A DNA stretch of 64,000 nt, from positions 81,871 through 145,870 of the IMG/VR virus record IMGVR_UViG_3300020201_000009. The stretch is one strand, 5' to 3'. Numbering within the stretch: position 1 is the stretch's first letter; every line of letters begins with the position of its first letter. The notes under the pieces were generated by a model. It did not search any database. It saw only the letters and a program-made list of their open reading frames with translations, and was not told the origin of the DNA. This stretch comes from a virus. The position numbers and the translations under genes were made by a program. This document shows, piece by piece, positions 58,799-64,000 of the stretch.

Positions 58799-59374
58799 AT
58801 GACCACTACAATCAATCGTCAAAACATCATTGATACCAACAACGCAAGGTTTAACGCTGTCGATAATGCCGGTAAACGTGTATTGATTTGCACTGACGCC
58901 TTAGAGAGACTTAGAAATAGTCAATACATGGCTGATACTGGCAACTGGATAAAGATTGATAAAATTGACCCACAATGTTTTTCACAAGATTCTTTACGAG
59001 ATATTGTTGTAGATAACAAGATTACATGCGAAGTTTGCGCAGCCGGATCTATTTTGTTATCTATGGTAGTGTTTAAAAACCATTATAAGCCTCTGGATAT
59101 CTCCATAGGAGACCTTGGTAATTATCATCTCCTTCATACGGGAACATCTAAAGATGAAATGGATTTTTTTGGGTTGTTTACTAAGATTCAGGTTGAAATG
59201 ATAGATGCCGCTTACGAATTAGGCGAAGGTTTTTTTAAAATAAGTCGATCTCAATTGAGTAAATATACATTTCGTCAATGTGTGGCTTTTGGGTTTAATT
59301 ACCAAAAACCGGCGACTAGACTAGAGGCCATTCTTATTAATATGATTAGTAATGGTGGAATTTTCCAACCTTAA
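58799..59374 (+). CDS. hypothetical protein (C.VCA.G motif)
   Basis: ORF. Confidence 0.7.
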   Translation: MTTTINRQNIIDTNNARFNAVDNAGKRVLICTDALERLRNSQYMADTGNWIKIDKIDPQCFSQDSLRDIVVDNKITCEVCAAGSILLSMVVFKNHYKPLDISIGDLGNYHLLHTGTSKDEMDFFGLFTKIQVEMIDAAYELGEGFFKISRSQLSKYTFRQCVAFGFNYQKPATRLEAILINMISNGGIFQP

Positions 59375-59584
59375 TAAATACAAATATGCCTACAACGTTA
59401 TTGAGAGTTAAAAAATTGACTAAAACAAAAGCCCCCATATATTGGACGAAAGTTTCTTTAGATGACGTAGCATACAAAAACAATAACTATACAACTAAAA
59501 GCGGTCGTCAAATATATTGGTCTAACGGAGATTCTCGTTCCGCTCAATTATTTCTAAAGAATCACCTTAATAAACACTAATAAA

Positions 59585-59983
59585 ATGGCTATTCCACATC
59601 CAACGATTAAAATTACTAGTGTAATGGGTAGGCTACCAATTGATTTTAATAATGCCTTATTGTTTCTTGGGAAAGAGGCTATTGAAAAAGGTAAATTGTC
59701 GATCTATTCTGGCCCAAACCTGAGATATTATACTAGTAAAGAACAGGTAATAGGATTAGTAATTGAAAAATGGGGGTCCATCTATCAACTATATGGTAAT
59801 AGAACCTTAAATTGCCATAACAAACATGAGATAAGGGAAAAGAGAGGTGGCGTCACTGTTAAAACAGGCCGCGTTTGTCGCGTTATTAAAGATGAAATTG
59901 AATTTGCGCTACCGGATGGAAAAATTGTACAAGCTGAATATTTACTTGTTAGAGAAGATTATACAAACCCAATTGTAAAATGA
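59585..59983 (+). CDS. hypothetical protein
   Basis: ORF. Confidence 0.6.
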   Translation: MAIPHPTIKITSVMGRLPIDFNNALLFLGKEAIEKGKLSIYSGPNLRYYTSKEQVIGLVIEKWGSIYQLYGNRTLNCHNKHEIREKRGGVTVKTGRVCRVIKDEIEFALPDGKIVQAEYLLVREDYTNPIVK

Positions 59984-60261
59984 ATATGCAAAAATTGTTT
60001 AGTGATGAATCAAAATGGACGCGCTTTTGTATGGCTAGAGATAATACTGGAGAACCAGTAAGCTCAATAGACCCACAGGCTGTTAGTTGGTGTTTAACAG
60101 GAGCACTCCATAAATGCTATGGAGAGAGCTATTTATACAGTAAACATCACGAGAGCATAAAAGAATACATTAAGATGCCACTGAACGGTATAACATTATA
60201 TAACGACAGAATTGCTACATTTAAAGATATTCAAAATTTGGTAGAGAACCTAGATATTTAA
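59980..60261 (+). CDS. DUF6197-like paralog
   Basis: FSDESKWT, WCLTGAL, YND, LDI*. Confidence 0.7.
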   Translation: MNMQKLFSDESKWTRFCMARDNTGEPVSSIDPQAVSWCLTGALHKCYGESYLYSKHHESIKEYIKMPLNGITLYNDRIATFKDIQNLVENLDI

Positions 60262-60287
60262 ACCATTAATAATTAACAAAATACAAA

Positions 60288-60590
60288 ATGAAAATAAAAG
60301 AATTGTTTAGTGATGAATCAAAATGGATACAGGGATATTCCGCATTGGATGTTAAAGGTCGTCCAGTTAGTAGACTAGATAGATCGGCTTGTAAATATTG
60401 CCTAAGCGCGGCAGCTTGGATTTGTTATACAAATCATTGTGAGTTACTGAATGTTTATCAAAAAATAGAAAATTATCTAAAAAACATTGGGTATACTGGT
60501 TTAACACACAATTCAATTGTAGTTTTTAATGACAATTCAAAGACTACTTTTAATGATATTCAGTTATTGGTCAATACCTTAGATATTTGA
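60288..60590 (+). CDS. DUF6197-like paralog
   Basis: FSDESKWI, YCLSAA, FND, LDI*. Confidence 0.7.
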   Translation: MKIKELFSDESKWIQGYSALDVKGRPVSRLDRSACKYCLSAAAWICYTNHCELLNVYQKIENYLKNIGYTGLTHNSIVVFNDNSKTTFNDIQLLVNTLDI

Positions 60591-60642
60591 CAAGGTAAAT
60601 AGCAAATTAAAATACAAAAACGAAAAACCAATTAGTAAAAAT

Positions 60643-60711
60643 AAAATTGTAAATCTAAAAACGAAAATTGTAAATCTAAAAAATAAAATTGTAAATCTAA
60701 AAAATAAAATT
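60643..60711 (+). repeat. 21-bp tandem repeat, about 3.3 copies
   Basis: AAAATTGTAAATCTAAAAA(CG/AT). Confidence 0.85.
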
Positions 60712-60807
60712 AATAATAAAAATGTGGCTGGCGGCGGGAAACATTTAAATAATAACAAATCTAACTGCCTATCAACATTTTACTACAGATCAAATCCAAT
60801 AAAACAT

Positions 60808-61380
60808 ATGAATGCAACAAATACAATTAGCGAATTAGACATAGAGAAGATGAGTGTCAATGAACGGGAAGACCTTGGTCGCAAGTTAATAAATGAAACT
60901 ATAAAGGCTTTAGCTTCAAATACATATAATAAAGCTCGGTACGCTTTGAAAATTTTTTACCACAATTCCGAAAAATGTTCCCATTGTGTAATGGGAGTGA
61001 TATGTGAAGAGGCTGGGAAGTTAGGGATAAACATGAATATAACTGTCGATGTTTGGGTCCTTGCGGGTTATGATAAAGTGTCATTTGATGGAGATAGTGG
61101 AGATTTACCAAAAATCCTAAGAAATTTACTATGTACAGATAAACTTATCTCTGCATCCGAACCTTCACAAACGGGGTATAGAGCGAAGACTACACTTTCT
61201 AGTATCAACGATGAGTCTGATTATTCGTTTGGGGATATTGCTTTATTGTTGAATGATTGGAAACACATATTCTTTCCATCTCTATTTGTCTATGATAAGG
61301 AGATTGTATCAAGGTTTGAATGGAGACTAGGCGCTCGCCGTTTCTGTAGAGACGGGACTGTATTATGGGGTGTGTATTGA
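60808..61380 (+). CDS. hypothetical protein (C.MGVICE...ND family)
   Basis: Paralog of 25027-25437. Confidence 0.65.
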   Translation: MNATNTISELDIEKMSVNEREDLGRKLINETIKALASNTYNKARYALKIFYHNSEKCSHCVMGVICEEAGKLGINMNITVDVWVLAGYDKVSFDGDSGDLPKILRNLLCTDKLISASEPSQTGYRAKTTLSSINDESDYSFGDIALLLNDWKHIFFPSLFVYDKEIVSRFEWRLGARRFCRDGTVLWGVY

Positions 61381-61598
61381 AGATAGTTTGTAGTTTTAAT
61401 AAAAAAACCTTTGAAACTGGGAAACTTTTTAGATGGTTTCTACTACCTACAGCCCAACAAACAAAGACCTCTAATTAATGGAAATAAGGGGTAATTTAAT
61501 ATGGTTTGTTAATTTCTAATTTAAAATTGTGAATAACTATTCTCACTAACTATTAAAATGTAATATTTTAAACTGTTAAAAAATAGACCTAACTCATT

Positions 61599-61629
61599 AA
61601 CCATTAGCTTTTTAGCTAGTGGTTTTTTT
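61599..61629 (+). terminator. intrinsic terminator
   Basis: AACCATTAGC/GCTAGTGGTT + T run. Confidence 0.6.
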
Positions 61630-62150
61630 ATGTTTATATGGTATGTTATAAACAAACCATTGTTTTTAGCAAGTTTTTAAAAATAATGGTGGGATGAAGA
61701 GAGGTAATGATAGGGGGTAAATAAGAGGAGATATGTTGATGATCAATGATTTATGTAAATATAGAGGTTTTGGTGGGTGGGTTTATCGTGTGCGACCCCT
61801 AAAATGGTAAAAGCACCACTTTTTGGTAATTGTGAACAACTTGTTAATAACTATAATGACCACTTCACATCTCTCTATATTTACTACTAATTACTATCAA
61901 CCACCAAAAACACAAAACATTGCTAAATAACAACTTACATGGGTAATTAACAGTTTCCCCACGTTTAAAAACGCCGCTAAATAATGCCCACATTATTGTA
62001 TCCACCTAAATAATACAGGTATCCACGAATGAGCCAAATAACTTGTATCGGACCTAGTGAAAAGTAACACATTTACCTCTGAAGAGTGGTAAACATTGTT
62101 TGTATCCATTATTATTATCAACAAAATGTATTCATATTATCATTACTAAA

Positions 62151-62250
62151 TGATTATTCATGATTTTCTCATGAAAATGCAATGGATTTGCGTTTTCGTG
62201 ATGGTGATTATTCATGATTTTCTCATGAAACGACACCAATTTGCGTTTTC
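62151..62250. repeat. two ~54-bp direct repeats with an internal palindrome
   Basis: TGATTATTCATGATTTTCTCATGAAA at 62151 and 62205, each followed by ATTTGCGTTTTC. Confidence 0.85.
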
Positions 62251-62663
62251 ATAAATGGGCGGATTCCGGCAAACCCGTGGTTTATACGCTCTCGCAAAAC
62301 CCTGGCCCTTGCTATCGGTTTGCTTTTCGTTCCCGTTTGCCTCGCAAGGCGAATCGGTTTTTGTCGGAAAAGGTTTACCTAGTGGTTGCGCGGTTTGAGC
62401 GGTTGTGAACGAGAAGGTGGGATGAAATTTTAGCGATAGCAACGGGAAAAACTGAAAACTGTATTCACTAAAAAAAAATCGTCGAAAAAGAGAAATATAG
62501 ATCGACAAGTTGAATATGCCTCTTCATAGTGTCGTTTGTTAGGAGGGGCAGTTTCCCACCTAATGATCTTTGACAGTCTTTCGTTGCGGGTTTCAAATTT
62601 TCCCCCGAGGCTTTAAACAGCTTCGGGAAACGTTAGATAATGCTAGTGTAAAACAATAAAGTC

Positions 62664-63218
62664 ATGAATCAAATCGCTAATATCAAATCCGCAACGAAAA
62701 CGCCAGTAACGGCAACGAAAACGCCAGAAAATCCGGCAGCGCCAGTAACTCCGCCAGCGGCAGAAATTCCGCCAGCGCCAGTAACTCCGCCGAAGAGCGC
62801 AAGCGAGATGCTTGCTAGTCTTCTGCTGCAAGCCGAAGAGTTGAAGAAAGATATCGAAGCTGAGAAGGTCCAAGCCGAAAAGGTTCAGGTCGAAGCGTGG
62901 AAGAGCATCGACGAGAAGCTCGAAGCGCTTCCCACCGCTTTCGGATTCACGTCTGAGACGAAACTAAGTGATTTCGTCGAACAACTCCTTCGGTTCAAAA
63001 ACCGAGGCACTGCGCGACCGAACTCGGTAGTCATTGGAAAATCCAACTCGCCCGAGGCGGGACGGAATCCGGATATGGTTGCAGCCAAGGCGAAAGCCTT
63101 GGAATTGTTGCGAGAAAACCGGCTTTCCGCATCGCAGATCGCGAACGAGTGCCAGATTTCAATCGGGACAATCGCAAACATCAAGGCCGCGAATGGATTG
63201 GTTCGCGGGCGTACGTAA
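62664..63218 (+). CDS. Pro/Ala-rich + coiled-coil + HTH DNA-binding protein (Opitutae-type)
   Basis: L..LP..FGF, SASQIA....IS..TI.NIK...GLV. Confidence 0.8.
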   Translation: MNQIANIKSATKTPVTATKTPENPAAPVTPPAAEIPPAPVTPPKSASEMLASLLLQAEELKKDIEAEKVQAEKVQVEAWKSIDEKLEALPTAFGFTSETKLSDFVEQLLRFKNRGTARPNSVVIGKSNSPEAGRNPDMVAAKAKALELLRENRLSASQIANECQISIGTIANIKAANGLVRGRT

Positions 63219-63227
63219 GGATTCGAA

Positions 63228-63259
63228 AAACCCTAGGCTCAAAAGGCTTAGGGTTTTTT
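63228..63259 (+). terminator. intrinsic terminator, copy 1 of the inverted pair
   Basis: AAACCCTAGGCTCAAAAGGCTTAGGGTTTTTT. Confidence 0.8.
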
Positions 63260-63261
63260 CG

Positions 63262-63443
63262 CGTCTCGGTCTCGCCTCGGTCGGTCTCGGTCTCGCCTCG
63301 GTCGGTCTCGGTCTCGGTCTCGCCCTGGGTCTCGCCCTGGGTCTCGTCTTGAGACTCGGTCTCGTTTAGGTCTCGGTCTTACCCAGGTCGATCTAGGGCC
63401 GGTCTCGTCTAGGGCCGGTCTAGTCTCGTCTAGGGTCGATATC
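63262..63443 (+). repeat. GGTCTC array
   Basis: 11 co-oriented GGTCTC plus variants; TCTAGGG sub-repeats. Confidence 0.9.
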
Positions 63444-63453
63444 AAAGAGCGTA

Positions 63454-63485
63454 AAAAAACCCTAAGCCTTTTGAGCCTAGGGTTT
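63454..63485 (-). terminator. intrinsic terminator, exact reverse complement of copy 1
   Basis: AAAAAACCCTAAGCCTTTTGAGCCTAGGGTTT. Confidence 0.8.
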
Positions 63486-63506
63486 GGGAGCGGATCCGGA
63501 AGCGGA

Positions 63507-63977
63507 TCAGAGTTTCGGGTCAAATTTGACCAAACCCGCTTTCATGTCGTACTTGAGCGAGTGGATTCCGTCCTGTGTCCATCCCGCTGCGGTCGAAATC
63601 GTTCTCGTCGCGATCCGGTCCGCCGAGCGCGGACCAACCAACGCGATCAACGCGTCGTAGGCAGCATCTGCCTTTGCCGAAGATTCGGCGGTGGTTGCCG
63701 TCGGAGCCCAAAGGTGATTTATGTAGGCCGCTAGGGCGAGAGAGACCGCCGTCGCGAACCCGGGTGTCCCCGTGGGAAGTAGCACGCCGAAGTCTCGTGC
63801 GAGCGATTGAATGTGCGCCATCGCAGGGTCCCCCAGCGTCTCGTACGCTCGGGCAATTGCGAGCCCATGGGCCATACTGGCGATGTTCTCTATCTCTAGG
63901 AACTGCGCGACTGAAAGATTCAGTCCCACGTTGAACTGCGCGTTATTTGCGCAGTTTAAGGGAAGTGTAGTATTCAT
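63507..63977 (-). CDS. hypothetical protein; the only convincing minus-strand gene
   Basis: 156-aa Ala-rich ORF followed by its own terminator. Confidence 0.7.
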   Translation of the reverse strand: MNTTLPLNCANNAQFNVGLNLSVAQFLEIENIASMAHGLAIARAYETLGDPAMAHIQSLARDFGVLLPTGTPGFATAVSLALAAYINHLWAPTATTAESSAKADAAYDALIALVGPRSADRIATRTISTAAGWTQDGIHSLKYDMKAGLVKFDPKL

Positions 63978-64000
63978 ATAGAGGCGGGTTAGGTTAGAGT

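Noticed and set aside
60643-60711. CRISPR array
   Set aside because: Head-to-tail 21-bp units with no unique spacers; no cas operon.
62151-62250. Mini-CRISPR (26-bp palindromic repeat twice)
   Set aside because: Only two copies, and the following sequences share ATTTGCGTTTTC, so it is a tandem duplication.
4881-62873. Minus-strand ORFs in the supplied track
   Set aside because: Nearly all are antisense shadows of well-supported + strand genes, with no recognisable motifs.
63034-63523. ORFs across the GGTCTC array (63034+, 63149+, 63248-)
   Set aside because: Low-complexity translations of the repeat that cross terminators.
1-64000. Alternative genetic code or stop-codon reassignment
   Set aside because: Genes tile densely under the standard code, all three stops are used, and no suppressor tRNA was found.

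Overview
A 64-kb segment of a large, AT-rich lytic dsDNA bacteriophage, almost entirely + strand and using the standard code. No virion structural genes are in the window. A Verrucomicrobiota (Opitutae-like) host is suggested by two HTH proteins, but this is recalled family resemblance only. 1-6.7 kb: replication (primase-like protein, PD-(D/E)XK nuclease, Pol III split into PHP / DEDDh exonuclease / DnaE genes). 7-30 kb: nucleotide metabolism and counter-defence (ClpP, SLOG, HAD nucleotidase, an RNA-repair set of P-loop kinase, 2H phosphoesterase, RNA ligase and RlaP-like nucleotidyltransferase, two metallophosphoesterases, dNMP kinase, a Macro + NAMPT-like + PRS-like (NARP1-type) + NADAR block, deaminase, amidoligase). 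30-36 kb: an RNA island with six U34 tRNAs, none with a canonical T-arm, three tRNA-shaped non-canonical RNAs, and an uncharacterised 251-aa gene followed by a ~320-nt structured RNA containing a circularly permuted tRNA (Y-RNA-like, no Ro60 in the window). 37-61 kb: small early-type genes with paralog expansions, two DUF932-like proteins and a UvrD helicase. 61.4-64 kb: a 1.3-kb non-coding region, then a GC-rich end with a GGTCTC array between two identical inverted terminators. All family assignments come from motif recognition by eye; no searches were run.
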